From a virus, in the IMG/VR virus record IMGVR_UViG_3300036944_000427, positions 1-40,034 of that record: a DNA stretch of 40,034 bases; one strand, 5' to 3'. Under the pieces are notes generated by a model. That model ran no database searches. It had not been told where the DNA came from and saw only the letters and a program-made list of their open reading frames with translations. Below, in pieces: positions 23,156 to 31,680 of the stretch. The position numbers and the translations under genes are program-made. How positions within the stretch are numbered: the first letter of the stretch is position 1; each line of letters starts with the position of its first letter.

Positions 23156-24671
23156 TGGTTGGGCTGACCTGTAGTTCGGCGCCCATGATTGCAATCTTAA
23201 CCGGATCTGTGCCGGTGATCTCGTACACGCGGTCGCGTAGCTTGACCGTCATGCCAAGCCTGCGCCAGATCGTGCGGTAGCCGTACTGGCCGATCTTGCC
23301 CATTGAGCGCCAGTGCTCGTTGGACCACGTATGGCCACCGTCGTCGGACCAGCGCAGCATAACTTGAGGATCAAAGCCAACCGTGCCGACAAAATCCGAT
23401 ACAAGATAGTCGCCCGCTTCCGTCATTAAGAAATCGTCGGCTTGCGTCATCAGGTAGAAAGTGTCGTTAGGGTCAATGCCGTTCAGACCAACGCCCGTCT
23501 CGCAGTCGAGTTGCAAGCCGTGCTGGGCCGTGCGCTTTAGGTTGTTCTCGCCGGTCGGCAGCGCCCGCCATTTACGAAGCCACCGCTGGACGTCGCCGTT
23601 GTCGGCGTAGACGTCAAGATCGAAAGCGTAGACGTTGCCGTTTGCAAAGTCGCCAATGGCGATCTCGTCAGCGAATGCCATTTGGCAGTTACCGCGATGC
23701 CGGTCAAAGGCGTCGTTAATCCAACTGGCCCGCTCATGCCACGCGCCGGTCGAGACGTCGTAGACCCACGTCGTCTTGGCGTCAGGGAAGACCAGCACAT
23801 AGAAGGCGTGGCCGTCCTGCTGATAGGTGTAGCCAATAGCGTCGCCAAGGTGCGCGTACTGCTGGATATGCCACTCGACGGCGTGGGTGCTGACGCGCTG
23901 GCCGGTGTAGCCGTTGGCGCGGTAGACAATACCGCGACCTCTGGCGTCTGAGCCTAACCAGAACAGGCCGTTGTCTAGCTTGGCAACCGAGTAGGGCGCG
24001 GCGCAACCGATCTCGTTGAACGCGCCTTGGATGCGCGTAAAGGGAAAGTCCGCGCTGCCGGAATCGTACCAAACCTCAATTGAGTTGGTTCCAAAAAGCC
24101 ACAGTTCGCGGTGATCAACTATGATCGACACGATGCCGTCTGGTGAACCTTCAGCGCTAGCAAAGTCGAGAGCGTCTATGTCCGTGCCGTCGAAGATCGC
24201 CGTGATCCAGAACCGCTGGCTGTCAGGCTCGTTGAACACGAAATAGCCATCAAGATAGCTAACCGTGATTGCGCCGGGGAAGTCAGGATCGGTGATCTGT
24301 TGAAAGACCCCCGTAATCATGTTGTAAATGAAGCCGTCTGGATTGCAGGCGATGAAGATTTGAATGCCGTTGTCGGCCATAGAGACGGGGCCGGTGCCTG
24401 TCACGTCACCTAGCTTGGTGGCTGTCCATGCCGCATCGACACGATAGAGTTCCGTGCCGGACACGACGTAGCCGTAGGTGCCTGCCTGCCACATCCCTCG
24501 GATTGGACCTGTTCCGCAGACCGTCAACAGCCGAAGACCTGGCGCTCTGTTTAGGAACGCAGGCTCCTTGCCTCCTTCAGGAATAACCTCTGGAAACAGA
24601 TTGACCATGCGATTGTCAGCAGCGTTTACGCTGCGGGCCACATAGGTCGATCCAAGAATGGGGGATTTCAT
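23148..24671 (-). CDS. Tail hub protein, P22 gp10-like (packaged-DNA stabilisation protein) (507 aa)
   Basis: The N-terminal RMVNLFPEVIPEGGKEPAFLNRAPGLR recalls the gp10 family start. The rest is beta-rich, and the gene lies downstream of the adaptor. Confidence 0.5.
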   Translation of the reverse strand: MKSPILGSTYVARSVNAADNRMVNLFPEVIPEGGKEPAFLNRAPGLRLLTVCGTGPIRGMWQAGTYGYVVSGTELYRVDAAWTATKLGDVTGTGPVSMADNGIQIFIACNPDGFIYNMITGVFQQITDPDFPGAITVSYLDGYFVFNEPDSQRFWITAIFDGTDIDALDFASAEGSPDGIVSIIVDHRELWLFGTNSIEVWYDSGSADFPFTRIQGAFNEIGCAAPYSVAKLDNGLFWLGSDARGRGIVYRANGYTGQRVSTHAVEWHIQQYAHLGDAIGYTYQQDGHAFYVLVFPDAKTTWVYDVSTGAWHERASWINDAFDRHRGNCQMAFADEIAIGDFANGNVYAFDLDVYADNGDVQRWLRKWRALPTGENNLKRTAQHGLQLDCETGVGLNGIDPNDTFYLMTQADDFLMTEAGDYLVSDFVGTVGFDPQVMLRWSDDGGHTWSNEHWRSMGKIGQYGYRTIWRRLGMTVKLRDRVYEITGTDPVKIAIMGAELQVSPTNG

Positions 24672-24925
24672 GGGGCAGGGTCCGGTGCTATGAACTCGTC
24701 CAGCACTGTATCATACGTCATCCCAATCCCAGCATACCGGCCACGAAAATTGCCGTTATAGCTCGTCTGGACCCAGCGAGCGTGGGATAGCCCGCGCAGG
24801 GTGTCAAAGTCTTCAAGCCACTTAATCCCAAGCCGCTCGTCCTCTGGCGTTCCAAGGATGGCGTTATCGACTACCAAAACCTCGGTTACGACATTGGCTG
24901 CGCCTAGCCGTGCAAAATGCGCCAT
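24668..24925 (-). CDS. Hypothetical small virion-module protein (85 aa)
   Basis: Uses the internal ATG at 24925. MAHFARLGAANVVTEVLVVDN... is a start type that I recall from small conserved phage proteins. Confidence 0.55.
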   Translation of the reverse strand: MAHFARLGAANVVTEVLVVDNAILGTPEDERLGIKWLEDFDTLRGLSHARWVQTSYNGNFRGRYAGIGMTYDTVLDEFIAPDPAP

Positions 24926-24927
24926 GA

Positions 24928-26355
24928 TTACGCCCTCGCTCGAACGCGGATGATTACTACGCCGGAGCCGCCTATTTGATTGTAACCACAACCCCCGCCG
25001 GTGTTTGCTGCGCCGGATGCACCGCCCGGTCCTCCCGCACCGCCACCGCCTGCTCCGCCGCTTCCGGGGGTAACATCTCCGTAACCGCCACCGCCACCGC
25101 CCCTAGTGACCGCAGTACCCGTAATGTTTGATGATATCCCCGCACCACCCACACCGCCATTACTTGTAGTGCCCGAACCACCAACGGCTCCGGCACCGCC
25201 GCCACCACCGCAGGCTTGACCTATGCCCGCTGTAGTGTTTCCGCTAGCGCCTCCGCCGTTATTTCCTTGACCGGCAATGCCTGCACCTCCGGTAAACGAG
25301 AATGGTGCCGTTGCTCCAAAACCTCCCGCACCGCCGCCGCCAGACCCGCCCGTTCCGCCGGGGGAGCCGTTGCCGTTGCCGCCCCCGGTCGAAACTAACG
25401 CCGCGCCGATAGAGCTATTAGACCCCGCAACGTTGTTCCCACCGCCGCCAACCGTAACCGTGTAGGTTTGAGGTGTAGTGACAACGCCCTTCTCTTGATA
25501 GCCGCCTGCACCGCCTCCGCCGCCGCCGCTTGAGCCGCCACCCCCAGCAATCACCAAAGCCCTAACCGCCCCCGTAGACGCCACCGTAAACGTGCCAGAA
25601 GCGTTGAACGTGTAGACGTCGTAAGCGCCGTCAGCTACTGCGGGGACTGAGGCGGAGGCTGCAATGGTCGTGGCAGATGAGCCAATTGGTGTGTAGCCCG
25701 CGTAGGAGTAGATGTTGTTGGAAATTGTGCCAACAGAACCAATTTGATTTGTGGACCAAATAGGGGTCCAAGCAACGCTATTATCTGTAATTGCCGCTGA
25801 AACATCCAAGGCATTAATAATTACAACACCGTTTTTAATTACGGTAAATGTTGCGCCGGGGTTAAAAACGTCCAGCTTAAGCCCAATCACATCTCCGGTA
25901 GTGGCCGTTGGCTGCCCACTGGCGCTTGCTCCGGCTATGTAAACAAAACCGTTTGGAGCATATGATATAGTGTTTGCAATAAAGCCTACTCTACTTGTCG
26001 TGTTGCAAACAAAAGTAGGCAGACCAAAACCAAAAAACATTTGATTGGCATTGCCAACAACAAATTCGCAATACCAATAGTTTGTAGTGTTGGGAATAAT
26101 TCCCGCGTTTGCCTTCGCTGATGTAATGGCTCCGGCAGAGGCGTTTGTTGCCGTAGTATTGCTATTAGAAAACGTAACTCCCGCCGTAGCAGTAGCCGTG
26201 TCAAACTTCAACCCAATCACCCCAACACCACCACCACCACCCGCAGCCGCCCCCTTCTTATTCCCGCTCATATTCTGCGAAACCATGCCGATAGGCCCAT
26301 AAGGGGCCTGCCGGTTCATCATTTTTTGGCCTAGCATGGCGGGGGCGTTTTGCAT
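24928..26355 (-). CDS. Virion protein with a SPRY-like N-terminal domain and a glycine-rich C-terminal domain (475 aa)
   Basis: NYWYCEFVVGN...FFGFGL...ISYAPNG...TTGDVIGLKLDV..ATFTVIKNG follows the SPRY pattern. The C-terminal half consists of GGGG/GGAGG runs interrupted by short beta segments, as in a glycine-rich fibre domain. Confidence 0.6.
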   Translation of the reverse strand: MQNAPAMLGQKMMNRQAPYGPIGMVSQNMSGNKKGAAAGGGGGVGVIGLKFDTATATAGVTFSNSNTTATNASAGAITSAKANAGIIPNTTNYWYCEFVVGNANQMFFGFGLPTFVCNTTSRVGFIANTISYAPNGFVYIAGASASGQPTATTGDVIGLKLDVFNPGATFTVIKNGVVIINALDVSAAITDNSVAWTPIWSTNQIGSVGTISNNIYSYAGYTPIGSSATTIAASASVPAVADGAYDVYTFNASGTFTVASTGAVRALVIAGGGGSSGGGGGGAGGYQEKGVVTTPQTYTVTVGGGGNNVAGSNSSIGAALVSTGGGNGNGSPGGTGGSGGGGAGGFGATAPFSFTGGAGIAGQGNNGGGASGNTTAGIGQACGGGGGAGAVGGSGTTSNGGVGGAGISSNITGTAVTRGGGGGGYGDVTPGSGGAGGGGAGGPGGASGAANTGGGCGYNQIGGSGVVIIRVRARA

Positions 26356-26765
26356 TAGTAGGCGTAGCCTTCAGTGCGGAACACGATGCCGGTGTTAGTG
26401 ACGCTGATCGCCACCCAGAGGCTTTCGGAAGCCGACAGGATCAGGGGCGATGCGTCGGTGTAACCGAAGTCGATAATGGTCTGGGCGGTCGTGGCTGCGA
26501 CGGTGTAGGCCGCCATTAGCTTAGAGCCGATGAAACGCTTAGTCGTGCCGCCGTCAGCCGAAACATATAACTGCAATTCCGTTGCCGTCACCGTGGCCCG
26601 TGCCAGTGCGGTTAGCTTTTGCATCCGCGCACCGTTAGCTTGGGCGGCGAGAAGCTGCACCGTATTGGTTGGCGTATCGGTATAGGTCGTGTTGGCCGTG
26701 GTGGCGACAGCGGTCGCACCAATAGGCGTTTGAGGTGTAACGATTGAGTTTGGCGTGACGGCCAT
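26355..26765 (-). CDS. Hypothetical beta-rich virion protein (136 aa)
   Basis: ORF whose stop overlaps the next ATG (TAATG). Thr/Ala-rich. Confidence 0.55.
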   Translation of the reverse strand: MAVTPNSIVTPQTPIGATAVATTANTTYTDTPTNTVQLLAAQANGARMQKLTALARATVTATELQLYVSADGGTTKRFIGSKLMAAYTVAATTAQTIIDFGYTDASPLILSASESLWVAISVTNTGIVFRTEGYAY

Positions 26766-26774
26766 GATAATCTC

Positions 26775-27167
26775 CTAGAGTGCCGCCGCGATGGCGAATG
26801 TTAGCGCAACGGTCGCCAGAGGCACCGTCAAACCAGTGAGTGCAGTGATATCGGAGTTAGAGCCGGATGCAGCCGCGCCGATTGTTGCGCGTCCGCCTGC
26901 GGCTGTGCTGGCGTTTAGACCGCCGTTAGCAAGGGGCAGGAGGCCCGTCACGCCCGTGGTGAGGGGCAAGCCCGTCACGTTGGTCATAACGCCGCTGGCG
27001 GGCGTCCCAAGGGCAGGGGTGATGAACGTAGGCGATGTGAACGTCGCAGCCGTGAACAGCAGCGTGTTGGTCAACTGCTTCGTTACGCCGCCTTGAACGA
27101 TGGCAAACAGGTCTGTGCCGGCGGTCGTTGTGGCTGCGGGTAGCTCGCTGATTTTAACATTAGCCAT
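26775..27167 (-). CDS. Short fibre-like protein (130 aa)
   Basis: [12 protein letters not shown]...[15 protein letters not shown] is a fibre N-terminal motif. It also contains [23 protein letters not shown] and [13 protein letters not shown], which are repeats typical of fibres. Confidence 0.55.
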   Translation of the reverse strand: MANVKISELPAATTTAGTDLFAIVQGGVTKQLTNTLLFTAATFTSPTFITPALGTPASGVMTNVTGLPLTTGVTGLLPLANGGLNASTAAGGRATIGAAASGSNSDITALTGLTVPLATVALTFAIAAAL

Positions 27168-27169
27168 AA

Positions 27170-27880
27170 TCAGTAATTCCCTGCGAAGATGTTGAACCGC
27201 TGGCGAGTGCCGACGATGCTGTACGGCAGCGACATGATGTCGTCAGGATTGTTGATGCGCTTGATGTTGCGCTTGGATGTCATGGCGATCCGTGAGACTT
27301 GCGGTGATGGCTCGACGCCAAACTCAGCCGCGATCTCGCAGGCCAAGTTGTAGCGGAACGCCCGCAGGTAGCCTGGAGGAAAGGTCAGGTCTGTGTAGAT
27401 CGTGGCGGGTTGGTCTAGTTCCGTGACCGAGATGAAGTGCCACTCCAACGCCTTGGTAGGCACGGGATAGACGTACATGTCGATGTTGGGGTAATCCATG
27501 TTTATCCACATGACCTGTGGAAAAGTGCTGGTCACGGACTTAACGGCGATGCCGTCGTACTGCTGCTGATTGATAATCTTGATGCCATACGAGATCCCAG
27601 TGGTTGGATCTTTGAAGTAGGTAGAGTCATCAAGTTGAACGGGGCGGTTGCCCACAAAGTCGCCCGTAGGGCCAAGTGTGCGGTGGACCTGATTGTTGGG
27701 CCACGTAAAGATTTGATCTTGGGTCGAAAAGACCGACAGGCGCTCAGTGTTCCACGAATCAATCATTTGGTTCATAGCGACAAGAGCGTCTTGAGACGTG
27801 GCGGCAGAAGGGGTTTCACCTTCGGCAAGCATACCGATCAGCCGCAAAGCGCCGTTTATCAGTTCGCCTGCCGTGGTCAT
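27170..27880 (-). CDS. Head-to-tail adaptor, P22 gp4-like (236 aa)
   Basis: The N-terminal [37 protein letters not shown] parallels the gp4 N-terminus pattern. It lies downstream of the coat gene, as in P22. Confidence 0.6.
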   Translation of the reverse strand: MTTAGELINGALRLIGMLAEGETPSAATSQDALVAMNQMIDSWNTERLSVFSTQDQIFTWPNNQVHRTLGPTGDFVGNRPVQLDDSTYFKDPTTGISYGIKIINQQQYDGIAVKSVTSTFPQVMWINMDYPNIDMYVYPVPTKALEWHFISVTELDQPATIYTDLTFPPGYLRAFRYNLACEIAAEFGVEPSPQVSRIAMTSKRNIKRINNPDDIMSLPYSIVGTRQRFNIFAGNY

Positions 27881-27881
27881 A

Positions 27882-28067
27882 TTAGGCCCCTGCGTTTAGC
27901 GGAGGTCGTCCGCGTCTCTTCACTTCTAGACTATTAGCAGAAACTTCGGGTTCGATAAAGGCTTCTGGGTCGTACACCGACCATCCGAGCTTTTTGTCGT
28001 GTTCAACTTCCATCTCAAGCGTAGCGATTTTGGTCCCGTGGACCGGATGCCGAAGGTAGATTTGCAT
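27882..28067 (-). CDS. Hypothetical protein (61 aa)
   Basis: ORF abutting the adaptor start. It is the first gene after the terminator at 28080-28116. Confidence 0.5.
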   Translation of the reverse strand: MQIYLRHPVHGTKIATLEMEVEHDKKLGWSVYDPEAFIEPEVSANSLEVKRRGRPPLNAGA

Positions 28068-28079
28068 GAAATTCCCGAT

Positions 28080-28116
28080 GAAAACAAATCGCCCTACGCC
28101 ACAATGACGTAGGGCG
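28080..28116 (-). terminator. Rho-independent terminator (minus strand) after the 133-aa gene
   Basis: A perfect 9-bp stem cgccctacg (28090-28098) / cgtagggcg (28108-28116). On the minus strand it is followed by ATTTGTTTTC. Confidence 0.75.
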
Positions 28117-28124
28117 GCTTTGGT

Positions 28125-28526
28125 TTAGGCGATGCGGTAGACGGTGTACGCATTGTCGCCGGTCTTGCGAGCGCGGAAGTGTGCGCCCACGCCGGAAGCA
28201 GGCGTAGCGCCCGAACCGACCAAGGTCCAGCCAGTGTTGACCGTCAGCGTGCCGACGCCGGTGCTGGTGGAGATGACGAAGAAGTCAAACGAACTGCTGA
28301 CCTTCGCGCTGCCGACTTCAGCTTCTACGGCAGTAGCCAATGGAAGTTGAAGGTTGTTGGCGTTGGTTTGGGTGTAGACAACCAAGCCGTTTTCGAGATC
28401 CGTGACCGTCAAAGAGGCGGTCGCGTTTGCGGTGTAGGTGGTGGGCGCAGGCTGAACGCCGAGGATAACCTCGTTCAGATTGCCGTCGCCAACTTGATAA
28501 CCGCCGGTGCCATTAGGAAGCGCCAT
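28125..28526 (-). CDS. Hypothetical beta-rich protein co-transcribed with the coat gene; decoration/capsid-accessory candidate (133 aa)
   Basis: ORF located between the post-coat hairpin and a strong terminator. Thr/Gly/Val-rich. Confidence 0.5.
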   Translation of the reverse strand: MALPNGTGGYQVGDGNLNEVILGVQPAPTTYTANATASLTVTDLENGLVVYTQTNANNLQLPLATAVEAEVGSAKVSSSFDFFVISTSTGVGTLTVNTGWTLVGSGATPASGVGAHFRARKTGDNAYTVYRIA

Positions 28527-28554
28527 GATATTTCTCCAAGAAAAAGAGGATTAC

Positions 28555-28574
28555 GCCCCGGCCTAAGCCGGGGC
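28555..28574 (-). terminator. GC hairpin just downstream of the coat gene (partial terminator/attenuator or RNA-stabilising element)
   Basis: Perfect stem gccccggc-ctaa-gccggggc 8 nt after the coat stop. A T-run lies only about 10 nt further on the minus strand. Confidence 0.5.
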
Positions 28575-28581
28575 ATAAAAG

Positions 28582-29784
28582 TTAGCCCCAGATGCGGGCA
28601 GCCATTGCGGGACGGATGGCAGAATAGCCATACAGCACGTCAATACGGCAAGGCATACGGTCGTTGTTGATGTCGTATTGACGGACAACGCGGAGCGAGA
28701 TGCCGTTGTGGACAGCGCGAGAGGCCATGTCCACGCCGTTTGGCAGCAGCAGGTCGGCGGTAGCGAAGGTGATCGCATCGCGGTGATACACGAGGTTTTG
28801 TGCATACTGCGAAGCAGCCGAACCCAGCATCGTGACGACAGCGCCAGAAACTGGGAACGAGTCCACAGTGGCCAGAGCGTTGGTCGCGGTGTAGATGGCT
28901 GGCGAGACGGTCACAGTGGCCGTGGACGAACCGGAAGTGTCGGCAGTCACAACGAACTGCTGAAGCGAACCGGTGGTTTCACGGGTCTGTGGGTTGACCG
29001 CGTAGACGCCAGCGATGGTGAACACGTCGCCCTGCTTCCAAGTCTTGGAAGATCCGGTGAACGACAGGCCAACCGAAGCCGCGCCTTGAGCCGAGATGGT
29101 CGTGGTAACGGTGATGCCGGTACCCCAGTCGCCGGTGGTGTGGGTCTTGATCGACTGCGACATGTTGATTTCGTCGTAACCAAGCACGCCCGTGCCCATC
29201 ATGCCATTCTTGAACTGCTTGCTGATGGTGTCGGTTGGGTTGAAGAGACCCTTCATGCCTTCGACCAAACCAGCGTTAGCGGCTGGGTTGACGGTGGCAT
29301 AACGCGGCATCATCGTGGCAGCGTTTTCGTTGAGCTTCTGCTGGGCTTGCAGCAGAACCAACGAGGTGGCTGGCGTGGTGCCTGGGGTTCCGACCGACGA
29401 GTAGATACCCTTGTACGCATTGGCGACGTCGGCGTCGATGGACGAGGCCAACTGGCTAATACGAGGCTTCAGCACGCGCTCGGCAAAGTCGTCCAACTGC
29501 ATGGTCAGTTCGGCGGAGGTGAAGTTCACGCCGATATGCTTTTGGTTGGCGACGGTCAGCGTGGTGTACTGCTCGTTGTCGTCCTGAACTTGCAGGGCGG
29601 CACCGTCAGTGACCAGAGCGCGGTCGGGGAGGCGGATACGCAGCGTGGAGCCGATCTTGGCACCTTCAACAGCAAAGCTGTCGTCGTACTGGCGGTTCAC
29701 GTTACGAGTGAGCACCAGGTTGTTCTCCAGAATTTCCAGAGACTTCCGAGTGATCATGTCGATAGTAAGGATAGAGTTGGACAC
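28582..29784 (-). CDS. Major capsid protein, P22 coat family (400 aa)
   Basis: The length and motifs match the family: WKQGDVFTIAGVYAVNP, and the C-terminal MPCRIDVLYGYSAIRPAMAARIWG (compare P22 gp5 ...CRIALWYGVNATRPEAIG). Confidence 0.85.
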   Translation of the reverse strand: MSNSILTIDMITRKSLEILENNLVLTRNVNRQYDDSFAVEGAKIGSTLRIRLPDRALVTDGAALQVQDDNEQYTTLTVANQKHIGVNFTSAELTMQLDDFAERVLKPRISQLASSIDADVANAYKGIYSSVGTPGTTPATSLVLLQAQQKLNENAATMMPRYATVNPAANAGLVEGMKGLFNPTDTISKQFKNGMMGTGVLGYDEINMSQSIKTHTTGDWGTGITVTTTISAQGAASVGLSFTGSSKTWKQGDVFTIAGVYAVNPQTRETTGSLQQFVVTADTSGSSTATVTVSPAIYTATNALATVDSFPVSGAVVTMLGSAASQYAQNLVYHRDAITFATADLLLPNGVDMASRAVHNGISLRVVRQYDINNDRMPCRIDVLYGYSAIRPAMAARIWG

Positions 29785-29799
29785 AGCGTGTCTCCTGAC

Positions 29800-30585
29800 T
29801 TAGCGGTTACGTTGCGCCTCGTACTTCTTGATCTGGCGCAGCCGTTCCGCTTCAATCCACTGCGAATCCGACATGGTCTTGGTAGACCTTGGGTCCGTAG
29901 TGTCATAGGCAGGTGATCCAGAGGATCGGGCTGTAACAGGTGCAATCGGTGCCGGGGCAGATGAAGATCGTTTGACAGGTGGATTGTTGGCCAAATTAGC
30001 CTCAATTTTCCCTATCTCTTTTGCCTGCAAGATCGGCGGCAGTTTGGAGATCCGATCAGCCTCTTTTGGATTGGTCCCTAGGTGATATGCGATATCAGGG
30101 CCAACGTCGGAGTACTGAATGGACTGGGCCATTACGTCCGTGATTTTTAGGTTCGGGTTGTACGCGACCTGTTCAAAGTCATCGTACTTGTTCCGGGCCT
30201 CTTCTTCGCGGTCGTGGTAGGCTTCGAGGACGCTAGACTGTTGCTGTGCTGCTTCACGCCGTGCGAGCAATTCTTCGGCCTTACGTTCGGCCAACGCATC
30301 TGCGTAGGCTTCGGTAGTGTCGAAATACTCTGGCGAAGGCATATCAGCCGGGGCTGATCTGACTTGATCTGCTGCACGCTGGGCCTGCTCTCGCTCCCAT
30401 TTGCGCTGTTCTCTTGCAAGACGTTTGCTGATCGCTTTGTCCAAGTCTTCCTGAGAGAAGGTCTTGGGCGCGTCGTCCGCAACATCTTCCGGCGTTTGAT
30501 TGTCTACAGAGTCAGGTGCCGCCGTGGCTTCCAGTTCTGGCGCGGGTAGTTCCGCTTGGTCGAAAACTTGAGTTTCCTCAGTCAT
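29800..30585 (-). CDS. Scaffolding protein (261 aa)
   Basis: Has an acidic N-terminus, a long charged helical core and a basic C-terminal helix (WIEAERLRQIKKYEAQRNR). It lies immediately upstream of the coat gene. Confidence 0.7.
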   Translation of the reverse strand: MTEETQVFDQAELPAPELEATAAPDSVDNQTPEDVADDAPKTFSQEDLDKAISKRLAREQRKWEREQAQRAADQVRSAPADMPSPEYFDTTEAYADALAERKAEELLARREAAQQQSSVLEAYHDREEEARNKYDDFEQVAYNPNLKITDVMAQSIQYSDVGPDIAYHLGTNPKEADRISKLPPILQAKEIGKIEANLANNPPVKRSSSAPAPIAPVTARSSGSPAYDTTDPRSTKTMSDSQWIEAERLRQIKKYEAQRNR

Positions 30586-30643
30586 GTAGGGTTCCTAAGA
30601 ACACCTGGTGTAACGCACCAGTACGGTAGTTATAGCTATCTCA

Positions 30644-31141
30644 TCAAACAGAAATTGCAGCAACTTTTTCTTGGAAGGCTGCAATGCGAGCGTCGAGCGC
30701 TTCGCGGTCCTGTTTGATGCTTTCGCTTTTGGCTTCGAGGGTCAGCGCGAGGGCTTCATTGGCAGCGGTTTTCACTGCAATGGCTTCTTCGCGGGCCGTC
30801 AGAGATTTGTTTTGAGCGACGGACGAGGCTTCAAGCGCTTCAATACGCGCTTCCAGATCGGCTTCGGCCTCTTCAAGCGCGGCCTTTCTAGCCTTGTAAA
30901 CGGCGGATTTTTCTTTGTGGTTCTTGTCGCGTTCGGCAAAATCGGCCTTGGCCTTTTCTATCAGCGCTTTGGCTTCGTCCTTGTCGGCATTGATCTGATC
31001 AACGGCGCTCATAGCGCCCTGGCGGGCCTCAAGTTCGTCGCGCAGCGCGGCCATACGGCCCAGATCCACCAAGAAATGCTTGGTGAAGTACTCAACAAAC
31101 TTGCTGCTGTCGATTCCGCCGGCGTCGTTAGAGATGTTCAT
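30644..31141 (-). CDS. Coiled-coil protein of unknown role (165 aa)
   Basis: Ala/Glu/Lys-rich heptad-like sequence throughout. Confidence 0.55.
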   Translation of the reverse strand: MNISNDAGGIDSSKFVEYFTKHFLVDLGRMAALRDELEARQGAMSAVDQINADKDEAKALIEKAKADFAERDKNHKEKSAVYKARKAALEEAEADLEARIEALEASSVAQNKSLTAREEAIAVKTAANEALALTLEAKSESIKQDREALDARIAAFQEKVAAISV

Positions 31142-31150
31142 GGCAATGCC

Positions 31151-31456
31151 TCAAGCGTAATAGGTGACATTGAGCTTGGCCCCTGCGGTCTGCTCAATAA
31201 ATTTGATCTTGGTCAGATCCCCGTCGTATTGAAGCGTGACGCCTGCGGCCAATGGCATACCGACTGAAGCGGTAGGATTGACGTCATCATCGCGCCAGCG
31301 AACCGCTTGCGTTTCGGGCGTGATCAGCGCGATGGTAGGCCGCGCATTCAGGCCGTTGAGGTCCACTTGCGGGACGGTCAACGCGGTCGCTGCGGACAGC
31401 GAAGTGATCTGCTGATAACCAAGTCTGATGGTTACTGCTTTGAGCGTAAGTGCCAT
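31151..31456 (-). CDS. Hypothetical small beta protein (101 aa)
   Basis: ORF with GGAG upstream. Contains AVRWRDDDVNPTASVGMPL...LNVTYYA. Confidence 0.55.
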   Translation of the reverse strand: MALTLKAVTIRLGYQQITSLSAATALTVPQVDLNGLNARPTIALITPETQAVRWRDDDVNPTASVGMPLAAGVTLQYDGDLTKIKFIEQTAGAKLNVTYYA

Positions 31457-31516
31457 TTAAATCTCCATCCGTAAGCGGGTATACCACAACCGGAAAAATA
31501 GGGAAGATACCTCGGT

Positions 31517-31678
31517 TTACAGCGTTCTAAGTTGAACTAGAGTGCGCTCGGTCTCAGAAATGATAGGCGTCAACCTAGAAATTTCCTTTAGGTCTCCGCG
31601 CTTAATTGCATCAGCCATCGCCCCGTTGTGGGTTGCCAGCGTTGCAGACAAGATTGAAATTAGTTCCGCGAGTGACAT
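31517..31678 (-). CDS. 53-aa helical microprotein (below the ORF-track cutoff)
   Basis: Hand translation gives MSLAELISILSATLATHNGAMADAIKRGDLKEISRLTPIISETERTLVQLRTL*. The ATG lies 2 nt after the upstream TAA. Confidence 0.45.
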   Translation of the reverse strand: MSLAELISILSATLATHNGAMADAIKRGDLKEISRLTPIISETERTLVQLRTL

Positions 31679-31680
31679 GG

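Noticed and set aside
24928-25560. Highly repetitive GGN/GCC-rich DNA that might be mistaken for a tandem-repeat or CRISPR-like array
   Set aside because: It has no regular repeat-spacer periodicity. It is the glycine-rich coding region of 24928..26355, read in an open 475-codon frame.
22448-26355. Possible diversity-generating retroelement targeting the fibre genes
   Set aside because: The genome has no reverse transcriptase ORF, and I could find no template/variable repeat pair by eye.
28678-29916. 412-aa plus-strand ORF
   Set aside because: It lies entirely antisense to the well-supported P22-type coat gene. Its Arg/Gly/Val/Asp-rich composition is typical of shadow ORFs in GC-rich coding DNA, and it has no start context.
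30605-30621. Short hairpin ctggtg-taacg-caccag between the coiled-coil gene and the scaffold gene
   Set aside because: It has only a 6-bp stem and no T-run on the transcribed strand. That is too weak to call a terminator.
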